Below the pieces are notes generated by a model, which did not search any database, was not told the origin of the DNA, and was given only the letters and a program-made list of their open reading frames with translations. From the NCBI GenBank assembly GCA_002269645.1, contig NIVC01000217.1, positions 124,001-188,000 on the forward strand: a DNA stretch of 64,000 nt, in the 5' to 3' direction. The position numbers were made by a program, and so were the translations under genes. Within the stretch, counting starts at the first letter, position 1. Each line of letters opens with the position of its first letter. This document shows positions 1-11,574 of this stretch, in pieces. Source of the DNA: Macrostomum lignano. Taxonomy: Eukaryota.

Positions 1-175
1 ACCCCTCCCCCCACCCCAGACAGCAGCCAATAAGAATCAGATACCAACTCCTCCCCCACCCCAGACAGCAGCCAATAAGAATCAGACACCAACACCCCTC
101 CCCCACCTCATACAGCAGCCAATAAGAATCAGACACCAACACCCCTCCCCCCACCCCAGACGGCAGCCAATCAGA
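1..175. repeat. 45-48 bp intronic tandem repeat (continues from the window edge) whose unit contains the SPNS splice acceptor
   Basis: Four copies of ccccacccc(AG)acagcagccaataagaatcagacaccaac; the AG positions fall at 18, 63, 110 (mutated) and 158. Confidence 0.9.
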
Positions 176-830
176 AGCGGGCAGCACCACGCTGGTGTTC
201 GGCGTCTTGACGTGCTTGGCCGGCATCTTCGGTGTGATCGGCGGCACCGAGCTCGCCCGCCGACTTCGCCGAAGAACCGCCAGAGCGGATCCGCTGGTCT
301 GCGCTGGCGGCCTGATGCTCTCGCTTCCGTTCCTAATGGCCACCCTGCTCACCGTCCGGTCCTACCTGGTCCTTGGCTACGCCTTCATCTTCTTAACTGA
401 GTTGGCCCTCTTCACCAACTGGGCCCTGGTCACCGATATGTGCATGCGAGTCTGCCTGCCGAGCTTGAGAGCTACGGCAACTGGCTTGAGTCTGCTCAGC
501 TCCCATCTGCTTGGCGATGCCACCTCGCCCTACCTGTTGGGCCTGTTGACCGACTGGTTTCGTGCCGGTGGGTCTGACAGCTATTATCGGCAGTTCATTG
601 CTTTGCGACGGGCCATGTACCTGGGGCTGTTCGTGCTCGTCGCCGGGTCTGCAGCGTTTATGGCCTGCGCTATTCGCTATCCGGAAGACTGCCGACGCGT
701 GGCCAAGATCGAGGAGGCCGCCCTGATTGCCGCTGCTAACAATAGGTGTCTGGATGATGAGGACGATGGGGAGACTGGGAATGAGGGCGAGTCTGAGCGG
801 CTAGTGGCTGCTGCAGCAACTGTGGCTTAA
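160..830 (+). CDS. SPNS1: Terminal exon of a Spinster-family MFS transporter (upstream exons lie outside the window)
   Basis: Frame is open from acceptor ccccAG|AC at 158-159; FGVLTCLAG, ADPLVCAGG, NWALVTDM and SHLLGDATSPYLLG match SPNS1/spinster motifs; stop at 828-830. Confidence 0.9.
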
Positions 831-859
831 GGAGTTTGATAATTTAGAAAATGAGATCA

Positions 860-1445
860 CAGAATGAAGGTTGCTATGATGCCTGAAGTGTTCCTGAGGG
901 TTTTCCGTGTGATTCCTGAAGCTTTCCTGAGTTCTATGATGCCTAAAGCGTTCCTGAGGATTTTCCGTGTGATGCCTGAACCTTTCCTGAGTTCTATGAT
1001 GCCTGAAGCGTTCCTGAGGATTTTCCGTGTGATGCCTGAAGTTTTTCTGAGTTCTATCATGCCTGAAGTGTTCCTGAGGATTTTCCATGTGATTCCTGAA
1101 GTTTTTCTGAGTTCTATGATGCCTGAAGTGTTCCTGAGGGTTTCCATGTGATGCCTGAAGTTTTCCTGAGTTCTATGATTCCTGAAGTGTTCCTGAGAGT
1201 TTTCGGTGTGATTCCTGAAGCTTTCCTGAGTTCTATGATGCCTGAAGCGTTCCTGAGGGTTTCCATGTGATGCCTGAAGTTTTCCTGAGCTCTACCGGTA
1301 TGATGCCTGAAGCGTTCCTGAGGGTTTTCCATGTGATGCCTGAAGTGTTCCCGAGGGTTTTCCATGTAATGAATGAAATTTTCCTGAGTATTTTGTTTCA
1401 TGCCTGAAGCTTCCCTGAAGATTTGTGCAACACTTGAAGTTTCCC
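860..1445. repeat. Minisatellite with 60-bp period (alternating 33 + 27 bp subunits)
   Basis: tgatgcctgaagtgttcctgagggttttccgtg alternates with tgattcctgaagctttcctgagttcta; starts about 30 bp after the SPNS stop. Confidence 0.95.
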
Positions 1446-1784
1446 TGAAGATTCTTTCTTACATTTGAAGATATGTTTATTTTGTGGCCTTAAAAGCCTC
1501 CCTGAAGATTATTCTCGTGCTAGAAAGTTTCTAGATATTAAAGATATTTTATTCGTATGATTTCTGAAGTTTTTATGATAATACGTGTTGTTTTTTTTTC
1601 TTGAAAATTGTGCCAATTATCTCAACTGCCACAATCAGTCTATTGGCTTTATGGGATACTTACCTATTCAAGATGTCAAGATTTTTTCCTATCTATAATT
1701 GCTAATGTTTTGAATTCATGAAATTATGGCTTCAGTGCATATAGTAAAATAGATATTTTTATTCCATTTTTATTATCTCAAGTA

Positions 1785-2450
1785 AAGATCAGGGAGAATT
1801 TATTTCCTCACTTAAGGATCTGGGAGAATTTATTCCCTTACTTAAGGACCTGGGAGTATTTATTCCCTCACTTAAGGACCTGGGAAAATCTATTCCTTCA
1901 CTTAAGGATCTAAGAGAATTTATTCCCTCACTTAAGGATCTAAGAGAATTTATTCCCTCACTTAAGGATCTGGGAGAATTTATTCCCTCGCTTGATTAGG
2001 ATCTGGGGGAATTTATTCCCTCACTTAAGGGTCTGGGAGAATTTATTCCCTCGCTTGATTAGGATCTGGGAGAATTTATTCCCTCACTTAAGGATCTGGG
2101 AGAATTTATTCCCTCACTTAAGGATCTGGGAGAATTTATTCCCTCACTTGATTAGGATCTGGGAGAATTTATTCCCTCACTTAAGGATCTGGGAGAATTT
2201 ATTCCCTCACTTAAGGATCTGGGAGAATTTATTCCCTCACTTAAGGATCTGGGATAATTTATTCCCTCACTTAAGGATCTGAGAGAATTTATTCCCCCAC
2301 TTAAGGATCTGGGAAAATTTATTCCCTCACTTGATTAGGATCTGGGAGAATTTATTCCCTCACTTAAGGATCTGGGAGAATTTATTCCCTCAGTTAAGGA
2401 TCTGAGAGAATTTATTCCCCCACTTAAGGATCTGTGAGAATTTATTCCCT
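1785..2450. repeat. 30-bp minisatellite (34-bp variant)
   Basis: ggagaatttattccctcacttaaggatctg repeated about 20 times. Confidence 0.95.
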
Positions 2451-2789
2451 CATGTGCTTAACAAGATACGGAATTTACTGTATTGCGATGCTTACAGAAA
2501 AGAAGACACACACAACAGTATTTTTTGATTAGAAGGAAATTATCTGTTCCCTTTTCTCAGTATTCTATTGTTCATCTCGATGTACCAATCACCAGCTGTG
2601 TTTTTATCGAGCGAATCTCCGCTATGAGCTAAGCTAGTGTTCCTTGTGTTTTTTGTTTTGCTGTTTTTCTTCTTCTCTATCACGTATACTCGGTGCTGCT
2701 CTTGTTTACTCTCTGTACCAGGTTTGTACACCAATAGATTGATTAATTAATAAATTACTTACAACATTTTTATTATTTCAAACTTGCGA

Positions 2790-3140
2790 GTTTGTGTTAT
2801 TTATTTTTTAATAGAGTCGGGGGTGCTTCGATCCGTGCGAAAGCCAACCCCCGAGGCACAGGAAGTGTACACGTCTGACGATTAGAAAGTCAGGACCTTA
2901 GAATTAGAAAGTTGGTTAGACCCTAACGTCTTGGCTAGGGCTGGGTGTGAACTACTTACTAACCCAAGCCTATGGACTAAGGCACCGCCAACCCAACAGT
3001 GGAATCAGGGACGGTGCTAGGACCGAGTCCACCCAGGCCACCACCCAGCAGACAAGTCCTTGGGAGTGCGCCCGAAAAATGGTTTAAAAAGCTTAAGTTT
3101 GCTACTTAAAGCGGTCCACTTAGAGTGCCAAGTTTAATTT
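2790..3140 (-). mobile_element. Dispersed retroposon-like fragment ('family B') carrying a conserved 85-nt core
   Basis: 2962-3046 matches 18886-18970 (6 substitutions, 1 gap); A-rich tail at the minus-strand 3' end; boundaries approximate. Confidence 0.55.
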
Positions 3141-3282
3141 TTAGTTTAGACGGCTCTTTCCGCTTATATTTTCTTGTCTAAAACTCCGCGTAATAATCCT
3201 ACTTCTGACATCTTCCGCCAATAAAGCTACTAACATTAGTGACAATGGCTTTATTGCATTCCTTCTGTCCTACGGATTCAGG

Positions 3283-3495
3283 GGCCCTAGCCCAGTGGTT
3301 CAACGAGGCGCTCTCACATTAATAGTTTGGGGCTGAATTGGAATCTCGGCTTGGCTCTGCTCGTGCAATTAACGCCTATGACGACCAACCCTTAAGGCAC
3401 AGTAAAGTGTACATGCCTAACGAAAAAGGAAGCTAGGTAGTCGGCGGAATGGGCAGTAGTGCCTCTCACCGGTTGTGTGAAAATGTCACTTAAAG
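3283..3495 (+). mobile_element. tRNA-headed SINE ('family A')
   Basis: A-box-like tagcccagtggt; central ggcttggctctgc...aaggcacagtaaagtgtac; tail gtcggcggaatgggcagta...ggttgtgtga; shared with 35225-35475 and 58290-58462. Confidence 0.75.
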
Positions 3496-3690
3496 TGCAC
3501 CAGGGTTAAAAAAAATCCTACGGATTTCCATATCTGTCATGTAAACTATAGGGGCAATCAAGTGTAGGCTGAGTTTTGATAAAAACATTTTTTCCTTCGT
3601 CCAGCTTACGAGATTATGCTGTAACTCAATGTGAAATAAAACGACCCATTTCAGGCCAGCCATCTCTCCCTCTGCTGCCAGCTCGCACAG

Positions 3691-4464
3691 ATGAATCGGC
3701 TGCATCGCCTTCTTCTACCGTCGCTGCTACAGCGGCATCACCGGAGAGCCTACGGCATCCTGGACACACCGGAGCAGAAGACCGTCTATCCCAGCTTCAA
3801 GCGTCTCCTTGATGCGGCCACTTCGGCGTCCCAGCAGTCCGACAAAGATCAACAGTCTACTGAAGACTCCGACAGCGCCGAACCGTCAGATCGACTATTA
3901 GACGCTGTTCAACGTTACGACAGCGAATTTCGTAAATCAGTTGAAGAAACTGCCGCTCTGGTTGCTACGGCAATGTCGCCAGATTCGGTAACTGCGGCTG
4001 TGTTGGAGTCGGCCAAGTCTGCCGGGCTGGTAACCGAGTCGAGAGCGGAACGATCCATCAGTTTGAGCTCGGATCCGTCTAAGAAGTTTCTGTTTTTGTC
4101 CGACTGTGTCCGGCGGTTGAATCGGCCAATTCCAAACTCGTTGCTGTCCGAGATCGCCACTGTAGGCGATGCAGTGGATTATTTCTTGCAACCGGCCGAG
4201 TTGCCTAAAGATCCGTTGAAACGGCTGGCCATGTCTGACGACCTGCCACCGAATGTTCACGTGCAGATTGATCCGCTGAGGTTTACAGATAATCCCGAGT
4301 TCTTTGATGGTGTCGACGCTTATCCAGGCAGGGACACTTTGGTTACGCAGCCCTGGGCCAGGGCCAAGTACCGCAGCAAGATTGCTCCGCCGCTGAGGTC
4401 GCCAAGGTGGACTGGGGTTGGCAGGAATCCCGGCAGTCTGTCCGATATGGTTAATAAGAGCTGA
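3691..4464 (+). CDS. MRPL50: Mitochondrial ribosomal protein L50, single exon
   Basis: 257-aa ORF; KFLFLSDC..IPNSLLSEI..LPPNVHVQ.DPLRF..GVDAYPG matches the Ribosomal_L50 pattern; basic transit-peptide-like N-terminus. Confidence 0.85.
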   Translation: MNRLHRLLLPSLLQRHHRRAYGILDTPEQKTVYPSFKRLLDAATSASQQSDKDQQSTEDSDSAEPSDRLLDAVQRYDSEFRKSVEETAALVATAMSPDSVTAAVLESAKSAGLVTESRAERSISLSSDPSKKFLFLSDCVRRLNRPIPNSLLSEIATVGDAVDYFLQPAELPKDPLKRLAMSDDLPPNVHVQIDPLRFTDNPEFFDGVDAYPGRDTLVTQPWARAKYRSKIAPPLRSPRWTGVGRNPGSLSDMVNKS

Positions 4465-4489
4465 TTGTCTTGATGAAGTCTGCTGTTCT

Positions 4490-4925
4490 CAACTCTGTAC
4501 TCACCTGTCTCTAGATTTGTCTGTTCTCACCTCACCTGTCTCTTGAACTGTCTGTTCTCACCTCACCTGTCTCTAGACCTGTCTGTTCTCACCTCACCTG
4601 TCTCTAGACTTGTCTGGTCTCACCTCGCCCTGTCTCTAGACTTGTCTGTTCTCATCTCACCTGTCTCTAGACTTGTCTGTTCTCATCTCACCTGTCTCTA
4701 GACCTGTCTGTTCTCACCTGTCTGTTCTCACCTGTCTCTAGACCTATCTGTTCTCACCTGTCTCTAGACCTATCTGTTCTCACCTGTCTCTAGACCTATC
4801 TGTTCTCACCTGTCTCTAGACCTGTCTGTTCTCACATGTCTGTTCTCTAGACCTGTCCGTTCTCACCTGCCTCTAGACCTGTCTGTTCTCACCCGTCTGT
4901 TCTCACACGTCTATTCTCACCTGTC
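4490..4925. repeat. 26-31 bp minisatellite
   Basis: ctcacctgtctctagacctgtctgtt units starting about 25 bp after the MRPL50 stop. Confidence 0.95.
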
Positions 4926-5897
4926 CGTCGGAATAAAAAGTTCCTAACCATCTTGCGGACTTATAGTAAATTTTAACGTATGTTTTTCAAGTGTCTGCAG
5001 CATATTTGCTTGTCATCTTGTTGAGTTTATTTTTGTTTCTTCGTTGCTATTGACGCAAGCTGAATGCACACATTATTGCTTGTGCGACTTTCTGCTTTTT
5101 GTATAATTCGAGTCATTTAAACAGTTTTCTAGTTGCAAAGTTGCTCCAAGAAAACCGTGTTAAACTGTTCTCTAAATATGTAATGGAAGTTTTCTGTAAT
5201 TGTTTTCTAATTGTTCATTTTTTACACTATATTAGAGGAAAAAGGTGTCGAATACCGTGACATGATGCCCCAAACGTGCACGATCTCGTGACAAGAATCG
5301 CTATAAAAACTCTCTAGTGGCTATAGGTTAAAAAGACTCTTGCGACTTTGTAACGACTCGAACGTGTTTATTGCAAGGCAGAGTCGTCCAATATTCATTG
5401 CGATGGCGCTTAACTTTTGGACACGCGTGGTACCTTGCTGGGGATTTACTAGTGGATTTACTGGTTTTAAATTTTGGTAGAATCGCTGCCACCAGGCTTC
5501 CTGCTTCCCTAATCCTATTAGTTTAGAGACAAAGGAAGAACTCAGGAAAACCAAATTATTTAACAAAAGTTTATATTTCAAAAAAATAGAATCCCGAATT
5601 CTAAGGAATCCCGAAAGCTAGCGATTTTCCCCCGCTCTAATTACTTTCCCAAACCTAAACTACTGACAGTAGGCAAAAAGCATATCTGCTTCGCTACTAA
5701 TTCCCCTTCCTAAAATACTACCCTACTAACACTTTCTACTAATTAAGTAGGCTAGTTAGCGGGAAATTGGAGATCAATAGGCCGCACTATTGCCAATGAT
5801 ACTCATTCTAGCGCAGATCAAGTCAACTGTTACAGCTCTGGATATTCTTTACTAACTTAATTCATCAATTTTTCAGCAGGTTTGTGTCAGTTAGGAC

Positions 5898-6314
5898 ATG
5901 GAAGATCTCGGAGGCCGGTGTCACAAGTGCGGCTTCCACGGTCACTACTCGTTCCAGTGCAGAAACATTGTGAATGGAGCTGAGATGGCTCTGGACGTGA
6001 GCAGCACGTCATCCGAGGATGAACCCGGCTCGTCCTTACAGAAACGCGACCGATCCAGGTCTCCTGTCCGGCCTAAAGAAGCGGCAGAGAAGCTGAAAAA
6101 GAAGCGAAAGGCAAAGAAAAAAGACGACATTAAAAAGAAGTTAAAAAAGAAGAAAGAGAAGAACAGGAAACGGTGGAGAAAGTCTTCAACCTCTTCGACG
6201 TCCTCGTCAAGTTCCAGTTCGTCTTCAGACTCGTCAAGCGATGCAAAAAAGAAAAAGAAGAACAAGAAGAAAGACAAAAAGAAGAACAAGAAGAAGGATA
6301 AGAAAAAGAAGTAG
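5898..6314 (+). CDS. SREK1IP1: SREK1-interacting protein 1 (zinc knuckle with Lys/Ser-rich tail)
   Basis: CHKCGFHGHYSFQCRN CCHC knuckle followed by LDVSSTSSED and a poly-K/S tail, as in SREK1IP1/p18SRP. Confidence 0.88.
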   Translation: MEDLGGRCHKCGFHGHYSFQCRNIVNGAEMALDVSSTSSEDEPGSSLQKRDRSRSPVRPKEAAEKLKKKRKAKKKDDIKKKLKKKKEKNRKRWRKSSTSSTSSSSSSSSSDSSSDAKKKKKNKKKDKKKNKKKDKKKK

Positions 6315-6924
6315 CTTAGCGATGTTACGACACATTTTAGGTCTTCTTAATCATATGGCTTAATATTTGACTCAAATTTGTAATTGTAAATTTTTTTGTC
6401 AACTTAAGTGCTTAACACTTTCAAATATTTCTACTGGTATTGCTTTTTTCATGCTAAGTTTGTAAACAGGCGTTCAAAGTTGAAAGTCTATAAAATAATA
6501 AAATAGATTCGGTCATAAAATTTCTGACTTAAGAAACTCCAATAAAACGCAAGCATTTAGCACAAGCACACAAGCATCCAATTGTTGAACGAACTGATTA
6601 ACATCAGTGCGCTCTACCAGTCTGACAAATAATAAAGCTCTAAACACCGAATTATACCAATATTGATGGGCGTTAGCTCGTTTCGGCCCCATGCAACCCT
6701 GTTTCACCACCCGCTGAGACTGTCTATGGTAAAATCCCATTTACTCCAATGCATTCAGTTGGTTTCACGGCCCGCTGAAAATGTCAATGGCAAAGTCAGA
6801 AGAAAGCGGCGTCAAGGGGGCGCTAAGCCCTCTTTCAAGGGTGTGGGACTCCCAGCACACCAGTACTCTAGAGAAAGAATGAAATCTAAGAAATTGTCTG
6901 CGAACTTATCAGTGGGCTTGTGTG

Positions 6925-6992
6925 CCTGCTCAGGGGAGTCGGCGGAATGGGCAGTAAATGTCTCTCGCTGGTTGTGTGAAATTTTTTTCGTA
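6925..6992 (+). mobile_element. Family A SINE 3' tail fragment
   Basis: cctgctcaggggagtcggcggaatgggcagtaaatgtctctcgctggttgtgtgaaa is nearly identical to the reverse complement of 35229-35290. Confidence 0.75.
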
Positions 6993-7589
6993 CGTAGTAG
7001 AAAAGTGAGTCTCGCGCAATTTTGTTTGAAACTGAATTCCAATGCTCTCAAATCTTCTTCCCGTCTGCGTAATTAATGCAAATTTACTTCAATCGTTCTA
7101 AAAACCTGAAATGCTCTCCGTAAAGGTGAAAACTTCGACACTGAAATATCTATGACGGGAATTGCCTAAAGACAAGACGTTTCTATTTCTTTACTTTTGG
7201 AGACTCTTTGGACTTTTGGAAAAAAATGGCAAAGAAAAAATATGAACCTTGCATGCTTTGTTGCTATTTTATAGGCCTTTTTAAGCTGTAAATATTATAT
7301 TATAAATATATAATGCGACGATAAGTATGGTATACATCATTTTATCGGTTTTTACAATTATATGAATGTTGGAAAATTCTCACAGGAATCTAATCAGAAA
7401 ACCGTTGGTTTGCGCCTTTAAAGTTATTTTTTAACTAGCTACCGTTGGTAAGTTCAGTTGACATCAAAGATCATACCAAATTCATAGTATATTATCATAT
7501 AATCTTAGGCAGGATTGGGAATGTGCAGTACACCAGTTATAGAAGCAAAACTATGAAAAAATTGGTTATATTTTAAGGAATTATTGTTC

Positions 7590-9330
7590 CTCCTTCCCTC
7601 ATGCTGTCTCTAGAATCTCCCTCATGCTGTCTCTAGAATCTCCCTCATGCTGTCTCTAGAAGCTCCCTCATGCTGTCTCTAGATCTCCCTCATGCTGTCT
7701 CTAGAATCTCCCTCATGCTGTCTCTAGAAGCTCCCTCATGCTGTCTCTAGATCTCCCTCATGCTGTCTCTAGAAGCTCCCTCATGCTGTCTCTAGAATCT
7801 CCCTCATGCTGTCTCTAGAAGCTCCCTCATGCTGTCTCTAGAATCTCCCTCATGCTGTCTCTAGAAGCTCCCTCGTGCTGTCTCTAGAAGCTCCCTCATG
7901 CTGTCTCTAGAAGCTCCCTCATGCTGTCTGTAGAACCAACCTCATGCTGTCTCTAAAATCTCCCTCATGGCTGTCTCTAGAATCTCCCTCATGCTGTCTC
8001 TAGAATCTCCCTCATGGCTGTCTCTAGAATCTCCCCTATGCTGTCTCTAGAATCTCCCACATGCTGTCTCTAGAATCTCCCCTATGCTGTCTCTAGAATC
8101 TCCCCTATGCTGTCTCTAGAATCTCCCCTATGCTGTCTCTAAAATCTCCTAAATGCTGTCTCTAGAATCTCCCTCATGCTGTCTCTAGAATCTCCCTCAT
8201 GCTGTCTCTAGAATCTCCCTCATGCTGTCTCTAGAATCTCCCTCATGCTGTCTCTAGAATCTCCCTCATGCTGTCTCTAGAATCTCCCTCATGCTGTCTG
8301 TAGAATCTCCCTCATGCTGTCTCTAGAATCTCCCCTATGCTGTCTCTAGAATCTCCCCCATGCTGTCTGTAGAATCTCACTCATGCTGTCTCAAGAATAT
8401 CCCTCATGCTGTCTCTAGAATCTCCCCCATGCTGTCTGTAGAATCTCCCTCATGCTGTCTCTAGAATCTCCCCTATGCTGTCTCTAGAATTTCCCCCATG
8501 CTGTCTGTAGAATCTCACTCATGCTGTCTCAAGAATATCCCTCATGCTGTCTCTAGAATCTCCCTCATGCTGTTTCTAGAATCTCCCCCATGCTGTCTGT
8601 AGAATCTCCCCCATGCTGTCTCAAGAATCTCCCTCATGCTGTCTCTAGAATCTCCCTCATGCTGTCTCTAGAATCTCCCCCATGCTGTCTCTAGAAGCTC
8701 CCTCATGCTGTCTGTAGAATCTCCCCTATGCTGTCTCTAGAATATCCCTCATGCTGTCTCTAGAATCTCCCCCATGCTGTCTGTAGAATCTCCCTCATGG
8801 CTGTCTCTAGAATCTCCCCTATGCTGTCTCTAGAATCTCCCTCATGCTGTCTCTAGAATCTCCCTCATGCTGTCTCTAGAATCTCCCCTATGCTGTCTCT
8901 AGAATCTCCCTCATGCTGTCTCTAGAATCTCCCCTATGCTGTCTCTAGAATCTCCCTCATGCTGTCTCTAGAATCTCCCTCATGCTGTCTCTAGAATCTC
9001 CCCCATGCTGTCTGTAGAATCTCACTCATGCTGTCTCAAGAATATCCCTCATGCTGTCTCTAGAATCTCCCCCATGCTGTCTGTAGAATATCCTTCATGC
9101 TGTCTCTAGAATCTCCCTCATGCTGTCTCTAGAATCTCCCTCATGCTGTCTCTAGAATCTCCCCCATGCTGTCTGTAGAATCTCACTCATGCTGTCTCAA
9201 GAATATCCCTCATGCTGTCTCTAGAATCTCCCTCATGCTGTTTCTAGAATCTCCCCCATGCTGTCTGTAGAATCTCCCCCATGCTGTCTCTAGAAGCTCC
9301 CTCATGCTGTCTGTAGAACCAACCTCATGC
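7590..9330. repeat. 23-bp minisatellite with variant units and higher-order blocks
   Basis: ctccctcatgctgtctctagaat repeated about 75 times; ends about 30 bp from the GT32 stop codon. Confidence 0.97.
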
Positions 9331-9358
9331 TATATACGCTGTACACTGCTCAGGAGCA

Positions 9359-9852
9359 TTAGAGCCGGTAAACTTCTACAGTTCTCCAGTAAACACCTGT
9401 CTTGCTGGCCTTCTCGTATCTCCGAACTGCTGGCCACACTGAAGTGACATTAAACAGCAGTTGATTTTTCCACCGGCCTTGTGCAGCAATCAGTCGCACG
9501 GAAGCAGATTGAATCAGGCCGTGATGTTGCAGTCCAACCGTGTACTCATTTGGTTGCAATCCGGCTCTGATTGCCGTAGCGTTGGGTTCGCCAGTTACAT
9601 TGGAGACTATACTTGAGCAGGCTTCGCTTCGAGTAGTGTAGACAGCTCTTAGTTCTGGCCATCGACGGAGTTGCTGGCAGAGGCCGAGCATTACGTCCGG
9701 GTTTCTCAGCGTAGATGAGAAATACTCCCACGGCAGCAGGTACACGCTTCGCTCCGGTTGGTACCTGTCTGCTCCTGGCTGCTTTCTCTGTTGTTGCTTT
9801 CTCTGCCACAGCAGGTGACATTCGGTTGGGAAGCTCCCGTCTAAGCTGAGAT
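9359..9852 (-). CDS. GT32-like glycosyltransferase, last exon
   Basis: Acceptor ttgcAG at 9854-9853, phase 1; encodes VYLLPWEYFS...YTVGLQHHG; stop at 9361-9359. Confidence 0.8.
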
Positions 9853-10481
9853 CTGCAATTGTTGGTAGAGCAGGCTTGGTAAACGCTAACAATAATATTG
9901 TACTCGTATTTCACAGTGTGTGAGTTGGTATCCTTCGCATCTCCATAAGTGCAGATAATAAAGTGGATGTCGGCTTCAGGGCCGAGAATGGAGACCGTAG
10001 TGAAGCTCCGGAACTTAACTTGATCATTCATTGTTGACACGAGATCCAATTTTAATTATCCCCGCAATTGAAGCAAGTATCTCACGCCTTAACAACGAAA
10101 CCATTTTGCTTATTCCGTCTCGATTTAAAATCTTGAAGACAGGGCGTGCTACGTCTCTGCCTGGTTTAAACACTGTGCCTTGCGAGAGAATTGATCTAGA
10201 TTAATGTTGCTTTAGCTACTGGGTCGGATGTTGCCATTTACTTCGTCAGGCTTTCAACTTACGAGGGTACTGGGACTAGATCTAGATAAATACATATGCG
10301 AGTTATTTTTAATATCACCTTAATTTAGACAACCCTTGACAATTTCGTGGCAGAAGCTCGAAATTAATTAATGCAACCGTGCACTAGAAATCGAACCACG
10401 AGGGCGACGGCGCTACAGTCAGGCTCGTTAAACGCTTTAATTGCTCTGCCAAGTCTCCTCTTCCTGTCTCTCTATTATTAC

Positions 10482-10703
10482 CTTGTCCAATGGACTCCCT
10501 TCTCTGCATAACGTCGATGGCGTGTCGGAACCAGGCACTTCCCGGCGCAGCTCCCATAGCCGCCGGGCTCAGTTTGAACTGAGCATTCTCAAGGATGCGA
10601 TGGTTCTCTGGTCGTTCCAACGCCAAGAAGGTGACGGAGTTTGCAGCTTCCAGTGCGATGTCGAGTGGCTTCAGGCACTCCACTGTAGTGTCCAAGAAGA
10701 CAC
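10482..10703 (-). CDS. GT32-like glycosyltransferase, exon 3 (DxD position)
   Basis: Acceptor cgcAG at 10705-10704, donor G|GTAATA at 10481; 222 bp, phase 1-1; GGVFLDTTVECLKPLD. Confidence 0.82.
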
Positions 10704-10839
10704 CTGCGAGGTGTGATGGGAAGAGGCTGATTTGGGGATTCTGCCATGGATGTACAGCCATGACTACTATCTGCAAATTTGTCTGCTATCTATCTGATAC
10801 AGCTAAATTATAGCACGCATCTATCTGCCCCAATCCAAC

Positions 10840-11175
10840 GCTAACTACTCCCACTCCAACCCCATCTAACTACCCCGCTCCAACCCCATCTAACTACCCC
10901 ACTCCAACCCCATCTAACTACCCCACTCCAACCCCATCTAACTACCCCACTCCAACCCCATCTAACTACCCCGCTCCAACCCTATCTAACTACCCCGCTC
11001 CAACCCCATCTAACTACCCCACTCCAACCCCATCTAACTACCCCACTCCAACCCCATCTAACTAACCCACTCCAACCCCATCTAACTACCCCACTCCAAC
11101 TCCATCTAACTACCCCGCTCCAACTCCATCTAACTACCCCACTCCAACCCCATCTAACTACCCCACTCCAACCCC
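10840..11175. repeat. 24-bp intronic minisatellite next to a splice donor
   Basis: taactaccccactccaaccccatc repeated about 14 times, starting about 15 bp into the intron after the donor at 11190. Confidence 0.95.
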
Positions 11176-11190
11176 ACCAGCCAGACTCAC

Positions 11191-11530
11191 CCCCGAACCG
11201 ATGCAGCACAGGATACTTGGCCATAGCCAGCCTCTCAGCCTGACTAACAGTGCCAGATGAGTAGAGTTTGAGCAGCTCCGGCCACTCTTTGAGCAGCAAC
11301 AGGCGAACATCGGCCTCAGTCCAGAGGTGCACAGTCCATCCGGGATTCAGTGCGATGCAGCTGTTCATCAGCGGCGCCAACGCGGCCGGCAGCAGCTCAG
11401 ACCTGCTGGCAAAGTGCAGCAATTTCGGGATAGTTGAGTCTGACTGGCCTAAGCCTGAGATGGCGAGGTAGAGCTGCTGTATGCCGCCGCTTTGCTCCAT
11501 CGCGATGAGCAGCGCTGCGATCACTAGCAC
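11191..11530 (-). CDS. GT32-like (Gly_transf_sug; SUR1/OCH1-type) glycosyltransferase, exon 2
   Basis: Acceptor ctcAG|GTG with upstream gctaac branch point, donor G|GTGAGT; IPKLLHF..NPGWTVHLWTE..WPELL..KYPVLHRFGG is the GT32 N-terminal signature. Confidence 0.85.
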
Positions 11531-11574
11531 CTGAGTGAGCGGTTTAGAGTTCGTTAGCTGGGGTTTGGATGGCC

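Noticed and set aside
801-2282. ORFs in the 60-bp and 30-bp arrays, and similar ones at 14815-15870 and 46074-46594
   Set aside because: Repeat-derived and open in several frames on both strands.
2873-2895. Hammerhead-like CTGACGA...GAAA
   Set aside because: Only 3 nt (tta) lie between the boxes, so stem II cannot form, and no stem I/III pairing was found.
3000-3035. Twister-like L4 (CGG UCCUAGCA CCG) on the minus strand of the family B core
   Set aside because: It lacks the UAA cleavage segment, the GC for pseudoknot T2 and the GAGRG strand; the loop differs from UCYYAAGC and is not conserved in the second copy.
7590-9330. CRISPR-like appearance of the 23-47 bp arrays (also 11575-13900, 16935-17500, 34801-35147, 61945-64000)
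   Set aside because: Units are head-to-tail with no unique 25-45 nt spacers, there are no cas genes, and the context is eukaryotic with introns.
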